From the NCBI GenBank assembly GCA_016199495.1, contig JACQGQ010000079.1:1-49014 (forward strand): a stretch of DNA of 49,014 nucleotides, read 5' to 3'. Every line of letters starts with the position of its first letter. The stretch's first letter is position 1. The notes below the pieces were generated by a model. That model saw only the letters and a program-made list of their open reading frames with translations. It had not been told where the DNA came from and did no database searches. The DNA is from Chloroflexota bacterium (lineage in GTDB: Bacteria; Chloroflexota; Dehalococcoidia; Dehalococcoidales; UBA2162). Both the position numbers and the translations under genes were made by a program. Positions 25,995 to 35,724 of this stretch are shown here, piece by piece.

Positions 25995-27302
25995 TCATCC
26001 GTAATGTAGAGCGTCAATGGGATTTAGCCTGGCGGCTCTCATTGCCGGGTAGATGCCGGAGGTGAGACCAATGAAAACCGAGACCATGACCGCCACCAGG
26101 ACAATGAACGGTGAGACTTCCGCATCGAGTCTGAAGCTACCGAGGTCGATTTGAGAGATTCCCCAGACCGCAACCCCGGCAAAGCTCAGCCCGATGGCAC
26201 CCCCGGACAGGCTCAACATGGCGGCTTCTAATAGAAATTGCATTAAAATGTCCCGGCGTTTGGCGCCTATCGCCTTGCGCAATCCTATCTCCCGGGTGCG
26301 CTCGGTTACCGAAACCAGCATTATGTTCATAATACCGATGCTGCCTACCAGCAGGGAGATACTGCCAATCAGTCCCAGGAATATGGTTAACGCCAGGGTG
26401 ATGGTCTCAAATGTCCCCAGTAGCTGCTCGGGGCTAATAACGGAGAAATCGTCTTCCTCATCGGCATCAATGCGGTGGCGTTTTCTTAAGGTAGTTTCAA
26501 TCTCTTTCGTTGCTTCAGCCAGCGTCCAGCCACTGGCAATCTGGACGCTGATTTGTCGGACGGCGTCTTCCCCGCCGGGCGTCTTCAGAGTGAAGAGGCG
26601 GGTCTGATAGGTAGTTATCGGCGTCACCGTTAGCTCATCCCAACTGAACCCGAAAGATGACAGTCCCCGCGGCGCCATGACACCGATAACGGTAAACCGC
26701 TTATCCCTGATTTTAACCTGTTTACCGATGGCATCGTCGTTGCCAAAGAGGTCTTCAGCCACCTTGCTACCCAGCACGACCACCATATCCCTCCTGCCGA
26801 TATTCACCTCAGAAATGAATTGTCCCGACTCCATAGCGAAACCATACACCTGCTGGAATTCGGAGAGGCTACCATGTAGCATAGCTAACGAGTCTTCATT
26901 ACCAGCTATTATCTTAACAAAATTTGCATTTTCCGGCACCGCGGCACTTACCGGTCGGAGACGCTTGATTGCTTCGGTATCGCCCATAGTAAGGCTGGCG
27001 GTGGCAAAGACAGGTGATATTTTGGCAAATCCTGGGGCTTCAGGATTGGACGGCTGCACGAAGAGCAGGTTGCTCCCTAGCTCTTCAAAAGTGGCGCTAA
27101 TCATATTTTGCAAACCTCCCCCCACCGACATCAGAATAATAACGGCGCTAACCCCGATTATCATACCGAGCATGGTCAGTACCGAGCGTAGTTTATTGGC
27201 TAGAATCGATTTTATGGCGATACCCAAAAAGACGATGAGTTTCACAGCTAACCTCGTTAAAGACTGAGCGCTACCCGACCATTCAACCGACCCTTTCGTC
27301 AC
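25995..27302 (-). CDS. ABC transporter permease, MacB/FtsX type
   Basis: 435 aa with ANKLRSVLTMLGMIIGV, a large extracytoplasmic domain and a C-terminal FtsX module (REIGLRKAIGA). The start is uncertain: GTG 27302 overlaps the ATPase gene by 20 nt. Confidence 0.85.
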   Translation of the reverse strand: MTKGSVEWSGSAQSLTRLAVKLIVFLGIAIKSILANKLRSVLTMLGMIIGVSAVIILMSVGGGLQNMISATFEELGSNLLFVQPSNPEAPGFAKISPVFATASLTMGDTEAIKRLRPVSAAVPENANFVKIIAGNEDSLAMLHGSLSEFQQVYGFAMESGQFISEVNIGRRDMVVVLGSKVAEDLFGNDDAIGKQVKIRDKRFTVIGVMAPRGLSSFGFSWDELTVTPITTYQTRLFTLKTPGGEDAVRQISVQIASGWTLAEATKEIETTLRKRHRIDADEEDDFSVISPEQLLGTFETITLALTIFLGLIGSISLLVGSIGIMNIMLVSVTERTREIGLRKAIGAKRRDILMQFLLEAAMLSLSGGAIGLSFAGVAVWGISQIDLGSFRLDAEVSPFIVLVAVMVSVFIGLTSGIYPAMRAARLNPIDALHYG

Positions 27303-27969
27303 TGATGATTTGCCCGTCCAGGAGGCGAATGATGCGTCGGGCTTGGGCGGCTATATCCGTCTCATGAGTGACCAAGACCACGGTGATACTATCCTGGTTA
27401 AGCTGCCGGAAGATTGAAATAATCTCAGCGGTGTTGGCGCTGTCCAGGTTGCCGGTAGGCTCATCGGCGAGAACGAGTGTTGGGTTATTGACCAGCGCCC
27501 GGGCAATAGCCACCCGTTGCTGTTCACCACCGGATAGCTCGGCCGGCTTGTGGTGCGCTCTCCCCGCCAGTCCCACCCGCTCCAGTGCCTCTAAAGCCCG
27601 CTTATGCCGGTTACGACCGTTCCCGTAGACCAGGGGCAGCTCAACATTGGCGACAGCGCTGGCACGGGAGAGAAGGTTGTATTCTTGAAAGACGAAGCCG
27701 ATTTCTTTATTTCTCATCACGGCCAGCCGGTTATCGTTGAGCCGGCTGACATCAGTCCCCTGGAAGCAATATCGCCCTGAGGTGAGCTTATCCAGAAAAC
27801 CGATAATGTGCATCAAGGTGGACTTGCCCGAGCCGGAGGCACCCATAATAGCCAGCATTTCTCCTGGCTCGATGGTCAGGTTTACTCCTCTTAAAGCCGG
27901 GACCTCCACCTTACCCATGCGGTAAATTTTGCTGACATTTTCCAGCTCAATCATCGGGCTACCGTTCAC
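27283..27969 (-). CDS. ABC transporter ATP-binding protein (MacB/LolD-like)
   Basis: Walker [10 protein letters not shown], signature LSGGEQQR and Walker [13 protein letters not shown]. Confidence 0.9.
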   Translation of the reverse strand: MNGSPMIELENVSKIYRMGKVEVPALRGVNLTIEPGEMLAIMGASGSGKSTLMHIIGFLDKLTSGRYCFQGTDVSRLNDNRLAVMRNKEIGFVFQEYNLLSRASAVANVELPLVYGNGRNRHKRALEALERVGLAGRAHHKPAELSGGEQQRVAIARALVNNPTLVLADEPTGNLDSANTAEIISIFRQLNQDSITVVLVTHETDIAAQARRIIRLLDGQIISDERVG

Positions 27970-28032
27970 CTCCGCCGGCTATCAGGCGTAACATAATCCG
28001 TGAGTCTCCGTCCAATAGTCTCACCCCAAGGT

Positions 28033-28063
28033 GTCATTGCGTCGCCAGGCTCCTCGCAATGAC
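28033..28063. repeat. Palindromic element, family B (gtcattgcg...cgcaatgac)
   Basis: tcattgcg / cgcaatga arms. A related copy lies at 47914-47965. It is flanked by the near-identical direct strings ctccgtccaatagtct (28006-28021) and ctccgtaatagtct (28100-28113). Confidence 0.7.
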
Positions 28064-28130
28064 GAGGCGTATTTCTTCCCAGCATACACGGATTGAGGAC
28101 TCCGTAATAGTCTTGCCGTGAGTTATCATT

Positions 28131-29516
28131 TTAGAATAATCCTGATTTAGATGGCTTGGGCTTGCTTCGTCTTTCGACCACTTTCTCCCCCTCCTCAAGC
28201 CCCTCCAGAATCTCGGTCTGATAGCCATCACTGCTACCGATAACGACCGCTCTCTCTTCAATTCGCTCATTAACCATAACCTCGACTATAGGATTACCCT
28301 GGTTATCCTGCTTAATCGCCCGGTCAGGCACCAGCAAGACATTATTGCCTTCAGCGATGATGATGTCGACGCTGGCACTCATGCCGACTCTCAGCCCAAT
28401 GCCCTCGGGCACATCGAACCTGATTTTGACATCATAAACCGTCACCCCGGCTTCTATCGCCGGTAGCAGGCTGATAAAGCTAACCATACCTTCAAGCGGC
28501 AGAGTCGGCAGGGCGTCGACCTCGATTATAGCTCTTTGCCCCGTTTTTACCCCGGGTACGTCTATCTCATCCACTTGAACCTCTAGTTCCATACTGTCAG
28601 GGTCGATTAGATGAATGATTGTGATAGTGGGAGAGACGGTATCCTTTTCATCAACGGCGACATCGGCGACTACGCCAGCGAAGGGGGCGGTGATAGTGGC
28701 TTTGTCAAGCTGCCGGCGGGCTTGCTCTAGAGACTGCCGGGCTAGTTCCAGAGACTGCTTTACTGGCTCCAGGGACTGCTTTACTAGCTCCAGGGACTGC
28801 TCAGCTAGCGCTACCTGTAGCCTTTTGAGGGCGACCTCTCTTGTGTCAGGGGTAGCCAGCATCTCGTCTAATCTGACCTCAGCCGCCCTCAGCTTTTCCC
28901 GGGCAAAGGCCACTTCGTTGCTCCAACGAAGTATATCGCTGGTTATCGAAGCCTGCGTTAGTTGTCGTTCAGCATATTCCAGATAGCTCCTCGCCTCGCT
29001 GACGGCGGTCCGGGCCTGGCGAATTTCTGCCTCGGCAAATAGCTCTTGAGCCTCTTCCAGTTCGTACTCGGCGGTTTGCCGGGCGACCTCTGCCTGGGTT
29101 ATGGCGACCTCTGCCTCGGTTACGGCTACCTGTGCTTGAGTGTAGGCGACCTGTGCCCGGGTTAGAGCCAGCTCCAGGTCATCGGTCTCAAGCCGGGCGA
29201 GCACCTTGCCCTCAGTGACATTGTCACCCTCGGCAACATATATCTTATCTACCCGGCCGCCAATGCCAAAGGCTAACTTCATTTCATTAGAAATCTCCGT
29301 GTTACCGCTGCCGCTAACAGTAACGGTCAAATCACCGCGCACGACCTCAACCAACTGCTCAGTAGTCTCCTCCTCGTCTCCGCCAAACGGATTACAGGAT
29401 AGAGAACTGGCTAAAACCAGTGACAGTAGTAAAACGGCTACTATGCGCCAAACTTTCACCGGTACATTGGTGAGCAGTTCACGCAGCCGCCGGAGCAAGG
29501 CGAATAAAAATGTCAT
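28131..29516 (-). CDS. HlyD/MacA-family periplasmic adaptor (membrane fusion protein)
   Basis: 461 aa with an N-terminal TM segment, a lipoyl/beta-barrel pattern (VRGDLTVTVSGSG..., ...TITAPFAGVV) and a long coiled-coil hairpin. It overlaps the proC stop by 4 nt. Confidence 0.85.
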   Translation of the reverse strand: MTFLFALLRRLRELLTNVPVKVWRIVAVLLLSLVLASSLSCNPFGGDEEETTEQLVEVVRGDLTVTVSGSGNTEISNEMKLAFGIGGRVDKIYVAEGDNVTEGKVLARLETDDLELALTRAQVAYTQAQVAVTEAEVAITQAEVARQTAEYELEEAQELFAEAEIRQARTAVSEARSYLEYAERQLTQASITSDILRWSNEVAFAREKLRAAEVRLDEMLATPDTREVALKRLQVALAEQSLELVKQSLEPVKQSLELARQSLEQARRQLDKATITAPFAGVVADVAVDEKDTVSPTITIIHLIDPDSMELEVQVDEIDVPGVKTGQRAIIEVDALPTLPLEGMVSFISLLPAIEAGVTVYDVKIRFDVPEGIGLRVGMSASVDIIIAEGNNVLLVPDRAIKQDNQGNPIVEVMVNERIEERAVVIGSSDGYQTEILEGLEEGEKVVERRSKPKPSKSGLF

Positions 29517-30322
29517 TGTGGCTCACCGCCCAGTTGCCTGGCTTTTTCGTAGGCAGCCCTGACCGCCTGTCTAATCAGGTCAGAGAATCCTCCCCTCTCT
29601 AGTTGGAGGAGAGCCTCAGCCGTGGTGCCGCCGGGGGAGGTAACCATTTTACGTAGCTCTGAAGGCGGCTTACCTGACTTTTGCATAAGGTGCCCCGAGC
29701 CGAGCATTGTCTCTAACGCCAGTTCCTGGGCGACAGCGCCGGGCAGACCGATACTCACTCCAGCCTCAACCAGTGCCTCGATGAAAAGAAAGAAGTAAGC
29801 CGGGCCACTGCCACTGACCGCCGTTGCCATGTCAAGATACTTTTCATCGTCGACGTAAATTTCCCGACCCATAGCACCCAGGATGGAACCTGCCCAGCCC
29901 TGCTGGCGCTTGGTCACCTCAGCCGTCGTCGTCCAGACACTGATGCCCTCGCCAATCTGTGCCGGTGTGTTGGGCATCGCCCGAACGATACAATTATGGC
30001 TTAGTCCGTGGCTCAAGGTGCTGATTCTTGCCCCGGCGATGATGGATAGTACCAGTTGAGACGGCTTGAGCTGACCGCTGAGTCCAGCCATGACCTCGGT
30101 CAGGTTCTGTGGCTTGATGGCCAGGACCACTACCTCGGCCTTATCTGAGGCCTGACGGTTATCGCCCGTTACGGCCAGGCCGTATTGCTGCTTAAGGTGG
30201 CGGCGGCGCGTTTCATCAACATCGCTAACCGTGATAGCCTGGGGCTGGCTCAGCCCCTTGCTCAAAGTGGCGGACAGCATTGCCTCCCCCATGTTCCCCC
30301 CACCGATAAAGGCTATTTTCAT
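29513..30322 (-). CDS. proC: Pyrroline-5-carboxylate reductase
   Basis: IAFIGGGNMGEAM and C-terminal VTSPGGTTAEAL. Confidence 0.9.
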   Translation of the reverse strand: MKIAFIGGGNMGEAMLSATLSKGLSQPQAITVSDVDETRRRHLKQQYGLAVTGDNRQASDKAEVVVLAIKPQNLTEVMAGLSGQLKPSQLVLSIIAGARISTLSHGLSHNCIVRAMPNTPAQIGEGISVWTTTAEVTKRQQGWAGSILGAMGREIYVDDEKYLDMATAVSGSGPAYFFLFIEALVEAGVSIGLPGAVAQELALETMLGSGHLMQKSGKPPSELRKMVTSPGGTTAEALLQLERGGFSDLIRQAVRAAYEKARQLGGEPQ

Positions 30323-30334
30323 TTTATAACTCTA

Positions 30335-30505
30335 TCCCCCCTGTTTAAATCCCTCTCATTCTCCCTTTAAAAAAGGAAGAAGCCCCATTTTTGTCGGCAC
30401 GTGGTCATCTCTATCTCCCCCTTTCGCAAAGGACCTGCCCGCCGTTCCTCGGGAACTATGGCAGGCGGGGGACTAAGGGGGATTTGTACCTCCTCAGGGG
30501 GATGG
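30335..30505. repeat. Hairpin-repeat cluster between leuS and proC
   Basis: tctccccctttcgcaaagg, cccgcc-gttcctcgggaac..-ggcggg (nested hairpins, 30434-30470) and actaagggggatttg (compare 6355). Confidence 0.7.
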
Positions 30506-30512
30506 ATTGCCA

Positions 30513-32969
30513 CTATCTTACCACGATATTGACCAGCTTGCCGGGAACATATATTTCTTTAACCATAGTCTTGCCTTCCAGATAGGGCTGCACGTGTGGG
30601 CTGTTTGCCGCTAGCTGGCGGGCTTCGTCCTCAGTAATGGACACCGGGACGGTAATGCGGTCGCGCAACTTGCCGTTTACCTGGACCACCAGGGTAATCT
30701 CTTCTTCCTTAGCCAGTGCCTCATCCCATCTGGGCCAGCTCTGGTTATGAATACTATACTCGTGCCCGGTTCTCTGCCACAGCTCCTCAGCCAGGTGGGG
30801 GGTGGTGGGGGCTAACAGCAGCAGCAGGCTAGCCAGAGATTCTTTCCAGGCTGAATCGCTAATCTGTCCGGCTTCCCCGGCTTTTGCCAGGTAGTTAGTA
30901 AACTCCATCAGGGCGGCGAGCATGGTATTAAAGCGCATCTTTTCCAGGTCGCTCGTTACTTTTTTGATAGTCTGGTGGGTGATTCGAGTTAATTCCTGCT
31001 GTGCTTCCTCCCTGGCCGCCGCACTAACCTGCTCATGGCAGTTATATTCTTCCAGCATCAGGTGCCACAGCCGGTTAAGCCAGCGACTGATGCCGCTGAT
31101 GCCGCTGTCATTCCACTCACCACCCTGCTCCCAGGGTCCGATAAACATCAGGTAGGTACGCACGGTATCGGCTCCCAGCCGGGTGACATACTCATCCGGA
31201 GTAACCACATTACCCCGTGATTTGCTCATCTTCTGGTGCTCGGCAATAATAATCCCCTGGTTAAACAGTCGGGTAAAAGGCTCGTCAAAATCGACCAGCC
31301 CCATATCCCTCAGTGCCTTGACGAAGAAGCGGGCGTAGAGCAAGTGCATCACGGCGTGCTCGGCACCACCGGTATAAAGGTCGACCGGCAGCCAGTACTT
31401 TATCTTGTCCGGGTCAAAGGCAGCGCGACCATAATGAGGGCTGGCATAGCGCAGGAAATACCACGAGGAGCACATAAAGGTGTCCATCGTGTCCGTCTCC
31501 CGTTTGGCGGGAGCGGAGCACCGCGGGCAGGTGGTATTGACAAACTGTGCCACGTATTTTAATGGAGATTCGCCGGTAGGTTTGAACTCGGCGTCCTCGG
31601 GGAGCAACACCGGCAGGTCTTCTTCAGGAACGGGGACAATGCCGCACTGCTCACAGTAAATCATCGGTATCGGCGCTCCCCAGTAGCGCTGGCGGGAAAT
31701 GAGCCAATCGCGGATGCGATAGGTGGTCGTCGCTCCGCCGTAGCCCTTCTCTTTAAGAAAATCAGACACAGCCGCTATGCCCGGCTGGCTGTTTAGTCCA
31801 TTAAACTGGGCTGAATTCACCATAGTGCCTGACTCGATATAAGCCTCGGCCAGTTCTTCGCCCTGCCACCCGGGTGGAGCGATGACCACTCTAATCGGCA
31901 GGTGATACTTCTTGGCAAAGGCAAAATCACGTTCATCATGTGCCGGCACGGCCATGACCGCCCCGGTGCCGTAGCTCAGGAGCACATAGTCGGCAATCCA
32001 GACAGGCACCCTTTCCCCATTAAGCCTGTTGATGACGTAAGCCCCGGTAAACACCCCATCCTTTTCCTTCTCCGTTGATAGCCGTTCTATCTCGGTCTGC
32101 TGGCGCGCCTGAATAATATAGTCCTCGACGTCATCTTTTCTGTCCGCTGAGGTCAGCTTAGCTACCAGAGGATGTTCCGGTGCCAGTACCATAAAGGTAA
32201 CGCCGAAGAGAGTATCGGGGCGGGTGGTAAATACCCGGATTTCCTTTTCCGCCACTCCGGGGTGGTCGAGAGCAAAAGAAATCTCGGCGCCGACACTCTT
32301 ACCCACCCAGTTTCTCTGCATGAGCTTTATTCGCTCCGGCCAGTCAAGGCTGTCATGTTGCCTGAGTTCCTCGGCATATTTAGTGATGCGGAAGAACCAC
32401 TGTTCCAGGTCTCGCCGGCTAACCGCGGTCTCACAGCGTTCACAGAGGCCATTGACCACCTGTTCATTAGCTAACACCGTCTGGCAACGGGGGCACCAGT
32501 TGACCGGAGCCTTAGCTCGATAAGCCAGGTCGTGTTCATACAATTTCAAGAAGAACCACTGTGTCCACTGATAATAATCAGGCAGGCAGGTAATCACCTC
32601 CCGGCTCCAGTCGTAAATAGCGCCGATACTCTTAAGCTGGCGACGCATATTTTCTATATTTTGCATCGTCCAGGTGAGCGGGTGAATACCCCGGCGGATG
32701 GCGGCGTTTTCGGCGGGCAGACCAAAGGCGTCAAAGCCCATGGGGTGAAGCACATTGTAGCCCTGCATCCGCTTAAACCGGGCACGCGCATCTGCCGGCG
32801 CCTCGGCATACCAGTGCCCGATATGAAGGTCGCCCGAGGTGTAGGGGAACATCGTCAGGGCATACCACTTGGGCCTGGTGTCATCCTCGGTAACCTGATA
32901 CAGCTTATCCTCAGCCCATTTCTGCCGCCACTTGGCTTCTATCTCCTGGGGGTTGTATTTGTCTACCAA
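30513..32969 (-). CDS. leuS: Leucyl-tRNA synthetase
   Basis: 818 aa with HIGH (DLHIGHWY), KMSKS, and CP1 editing and zinc-finger-like CxxC pairs. TTG start directly after an in-frame TAA. Confidence 0.9.
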   Translation of the reverse strand: MVDKYNPQEIEAKWRQKWAEDKLYQVTEDDTRPKWYALTMFPYTSGDLHIGHWYAEAPADARARFKRMQGYNVLHPMGFDAFGLPAENAAIRRGIHPLTWTMQNIENMRRQLKSIGAIYDWSREVITCLPDYYQWTQWFFLKLYEHDLAYRAKAPVNWCPRCQTVLANEQVVNGLCERCETAVSRRDLEQWFFRITKYAEELRQHDSLDWPERIKLMQRNWVGKSVGAEISFALDHPGVAEKEIRVFTTRPDTLFGVTFMVLAPEHPLVAKLTSADRKDDVEDYIIQARQQTEIERLSTEKEKDGVFTGAYVINRLNGERVPVWIADYVLLSYGTGAVMAVPAHDERDFAFAKKYHLPIRVVIAPPGWQGEELAEAYIESGTMVNSAQFNGLNSQPGIAAVSDFLKEKGYGGATTTYRIRDWLISRQRYWGAPIPMIYCEQCGIVPVPEEDLPVLLPEDAEFKPTGESPLKYVAQFVNTTCPRCSAPAKRETDTMDTFMCSSWYFLRYASPHYGRAAFDPDKIKYWLPVDLYTGGAEHAVMHLLYARFFVKALRDMGLVDFDEPFTRLFNQGIIIAEHQKMSKSRGNVVTPDEYVTRLGADTVRTYLMFIGPWEQGGEWNDSGISGISRWLNRLWHLMLEEYNCHEQVSAAAREEAQQELTRITHQTIKKVTSDLEKMRFNTMLAALMEFTNYLAKAGEAGQISDSAWKESLASLLLLLAPTTPHLAEELWQRTGHEYSIHNQSWPRWDEALAKEEEITLVVQVNGKLRDRITVPVSITEDEARQLAANSPHVQPYLEGKTMVKEIYVPGKLVNIVVR

Positions 32970-33250
32970 TTACCTTTCCTATCCAGACAGAAATCTAACT
33001 GACTGTTAGCCAAGTATTCTCCTGATTGAGCTACAGTCATATTGCTCACCTGCCACCTAATTTAGCAGAAAATAGCTGATAGGGCAAACCTGGAGCGGCC
33101 AGATTTTTTAAGACAGAAAAGGTCAGGTTGGGTCATGGGAGCCAGAACCGAGAGGAACTAAGAGGATGAGGTTAACTCAGGCGAAATTGGCCGCTTTCCT
33201 GAAGCCGATGGGGGATAAGTTATGCCTCTGGCTTCAGAAGTATGTCTCGC

Positions 33251-34489
33251 TCAGCGGTGGGGGGTAGGGAGAAGCAGAGCGACGACCACACCCAGGAAAC
33301 TGGCGCCGGCTGAGGTTACGATACTCCAGGTATAGACACCGGTCCAGTCGAATAGAGCGCCACCCAGCCAACCTCCGGCGGCCATGCCGAGCATGGCGCC
33401 AGCCATCTGATAGGAGTAGATAGTGCTCAACGGTGCCTTTACTCCGTAGTACTGGCGGTTGAAGATGGGAAAGCCGACCATCTCCCCACCATAGCCCAGC
33501 CCAAACAGGAGAGCGAAAGAATAGAACACCCACAGCTTTTCGGCCCCCAGCAGCAGCAGCGTGGGCAGGGTTTGTAGCAATACGGCGGAAGCCAGGGTGA
33601 ATCTGGCGCCTTTCCTATCGGCGACCAGCGACATGCCGAAGCGGCTGATGACAGAAATAGCTACGGCAATACTGAGCACGCCGGCGGCCTCCAGTCCCGG
33701 GATGCCAGCAAAGGTGGCAATGGAGACCACGTGGGCGAGGATGACTGAGTGTCCGATGCAGCCTAACAGGTGGACAGCCGTGAGAGCCCAAAAGCTTTGC
33801 TTCCTGGTTACCTGATACAGGCTGAGGTCTACGGCCGGAGAACTCATCTCTTGTCTGGGGGGTTCGGGGGGTAACCCTCCATACGGAACCAGCTTCATTT
33901 TCTGGGGGTTATCCATGAGGAAGAAGCCGGATACCAGCATTAATATCCCACCGCTGAGACCGAAGGTAATGAAGGTCTGGCTCCAACCGGCCGTTTCAAT
34001 CGACCAGCGCAGCAGGGGCGATAATACTGCTGGACCCAGGCTGAGGCTAGTCCACATCAGACCTATTGCCAGTCCGAGCTTGTGATAGAACCAGCGGCTC
34101 AATAGCACCGGCAGGATAACAACAAAGGGGGCTGAACTCAGTCCGCCAACGAGCACGCCGAAGTAGAGTTGAAACTGCCAGAGTTGGCTGACCGTAGCCG
34201 TAAGGAGCATCCCAGAGATGAAGATGATGGCCGCTATCATTACGATGGGGCGAGAGTTAATTCTCTCGGCTAACCGCCCCACGATGAGAACTGCCGGTAT
34301 GCCTGTCAGGAACTGAAGGGTATAGGCCAGGGAAACACCACCCCGGCTCCAGGCATGCTCTGCCACCAGGGGGTCAATCAATACTCCAAAGGAGAGCCTT
34401 ATCCCGGTGCTCACCACGAACAATGCCATGATACCGGCCAGGATTACCCAGGCGTAGTGAGGCCAGCTGCGCTGCCGGATTGACCGCAT
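33251..34489 (-). CDS. MFS transporter
   Basis: 412 aa with about 12 TM segments and a central cytoplasmic loop. Substrate not inferable. Confidence 0.75.
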   Translation of the reverse strand: MRSIRQRSWPHYAWVILAGIMALFVVSTGIRLSFGVLIDPLVAEHAWSRGGVSLAYTLQFLTGIPAVLIVGRLAERINSRPIVMIAAIIFISGMLLTATVSQLWQFQLYFGVLVGGLSSAPFVVILPVLLSRWFYHKLGLAIGLMWTSLSLGPAVLSPLLRWSIETAGWSQTFITFGLSGGILMLVSGFFLMDNPQKMKLVPYGGLPPEPPRQEMSSPAVDLSLYQVTRKQSFWALTAVHLLGCIGHSVILAHVVSIATFAGIPGLEAAGVLSIAVAISVISRFGMSLVADRKGARFTLASAVLLQTLPTLLLLGAEKLWVFYSFALLFGLGYGGEMVGFPIFNRQYYGVKAPLSTIYSYQMAGAMLGMAAGGWLGGALFDWTGVYTWSIVTSAGASFLGVVVALLLPTPHR

Positions 34490-34557
34490 GGTTTAGATAT
34501 TAACACAAACCCGTGGCAGAATCTAGGCTGAGGTAAAGTACAATCGTTCTTTTTTCA

Positions 34558-34752
34558 TTAGGCACCTTCCCTGCTATTGGCTTTTATGGGCTTCAGAGTA
34601 GCGTCTAGCACAGGATAACCCTTCTTGACTGACTTCCCGATGTAGCGGATTACCTTCTGCCTTACCTTTTTGCCTTCGTGAACTGTCTTGACCTCATAGT
34701 CATACCAGTTGCCAGAATGAGGGGGGATTTCTTTAGCACGTATAAAGCTCAT
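34558..34752 (-). CDS. Small basic protein of unknown function
   Basis: 64 aa and Lys/Arg-rich. The N-terminus MSFIRAKEIP..G.WYDYEV.TV.EGKKVRQKVIRYIGK resembles, by memory only, the N-terminal module of some IS-family transposases. RBS gaggtaag. It lies 8 nt after the 303-aa gene. Confidence 0.4.
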   Translation of the reverse strand: MSFIRAKEIPPHSGNWYDYEVKTVHEGKKVRQKVIRYIGKSVKKGYPVLDATLKPIKANSREGA

Positions 34753-34760
34753 AACTTACC

Positions 34761-35672
34761 TCATTTTCTGTGTACTATTCTCCCGGCCTGCTCTTTCAAA
34801 TAAGCATGAATAGTTACTGCCACTTTATTGCGAAATCTCTCCATTTCGACCATAGCAAGATTTGGTACATCTTCTATTCTCAACAGGATATGACCTGGTA
34901 AAATTTTATACTCGAATGTTTGCTCAAGACTAGGAATCCCAACTAGGTTATATTCGGTTATCACCCAAACTGCATTAACCATAAAGGAATGGTCTAAATA
35001 TGATTCAATCGTATTAGATATAGCTTCATCGGGATATTTATCCCGTTCCCTTCTTAGAAGCCGTTGGAGATTGTTATAAACACGGTCTTGTCTCAATGAC
35101 TGGTCTAAAAAACGGTGGCGCACAGACAAACTAAGGTCTGCTGCAAGCATTTCTGGAGTTTTTTTCGTTCCTACTTCTTTTTTGATATATTCTGCTAGTT
35201 CACTGACATCCTTTTCGATTGTTATCTCACTACCACTCATGAACTGAGCAACGCCTTTAAGCGCCCAATATTGTAGTGCGATAGCCACTTCATTAGGGTT
35301 TATTCCAGTCATATCTTCGAATACTTTATCCATTCCCTGCCAGCCGTTATCTCTAAGCCGATTAATAGTATTCTCAGCGACTAAATGTATCTTTTGGTGT
35401 GTCTCATCAAGCAATCGTAAGAGAACCGTGCCATCATTAGGTTGTCTCCGTGCTTCCTTTTCTCTTTTGGTATTATAAATCATATTATGTGTGAAGAAAC
35501 TAAGAGAATAGGCAAAAATCATACCCGCAGCAACGAAAAATACAATTGGCACCCATGACGCCACCGCAAAAGGCGGGTTAGTAGACATAGCTGCAAATCC
35601 TAGTCCAGCTAAGCCTAAAGCTACAGCCATCAATATTCCAAATATAGTCCATTGTTTCCCACTCATTTCCAA
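34761..35672 (-). CDS. 2-TM-anchored protein of unknown function
   Basis: 303 aa with two N-terminal TM helices and then a soluble region of about 230 aa without motifs I recognise. The DNA is visibly AT-rich compared with its neighbours. Confidence 0.5.
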   Translation of the reverse strand: MEMSGKQWTIFGILMAVALGLAGLGFAAMSTNPPFAVASWVPIVFFVAAGMIFAYSLSFFTHNMIYNTKREKEARRQPNDGTVLLRLLDETHQKIHLVAENTINRLRDNGWQGMDKVFEDMTGINPNEVAIALQYWALKGVAQFMSGSEITIEKDVSELAEYIKKEVGTKKTPEMLAADLSLSVRHRFLDQSLRQDRVYNNLQRLLRRERDKYPDEAISNTIESYLDHSFMVNAVWVITEYNLVGIPSLEQTFEYKILPGHILLRIEDVPNLAMVEMERFRNKVAVTIHAYLKEQAGRIVHRK

Positions 35673-35695
35673 CTACCTGCCTTATTTTGCAGGTA

Positions 35696-35724
35696 GTATA
35701 CCCCTTTAGGCACTATGAAGCAAG
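35696..35724 (-). promoter_or_regulatory. Putative sigma70 promoter of the low-GC cassette
   Basis: Minus strand: TTGCTT (35719-35724), 17-nt spacer, TATACT (35696-35701). The hairpin ctacctgc-N8-gcaggtag (35674-35697) overlaps the 5' UTR. Confidence 0.5.

Noticed and set aside
33044-33063. T-box-like string AAATTAGGTGGCAGGTGAGC (minus strand) in the leuS 5' region
   Set aside because: Only the GGUGG part resembles the T-box consensus AGGGUGGNACCGCG. UGGC would imply a G discriminator base, which is not expected for tRNA-Leu. I found no recognisable Stem I, specifier or AG-box features, and no terminator or SD-sequestering helix follows.
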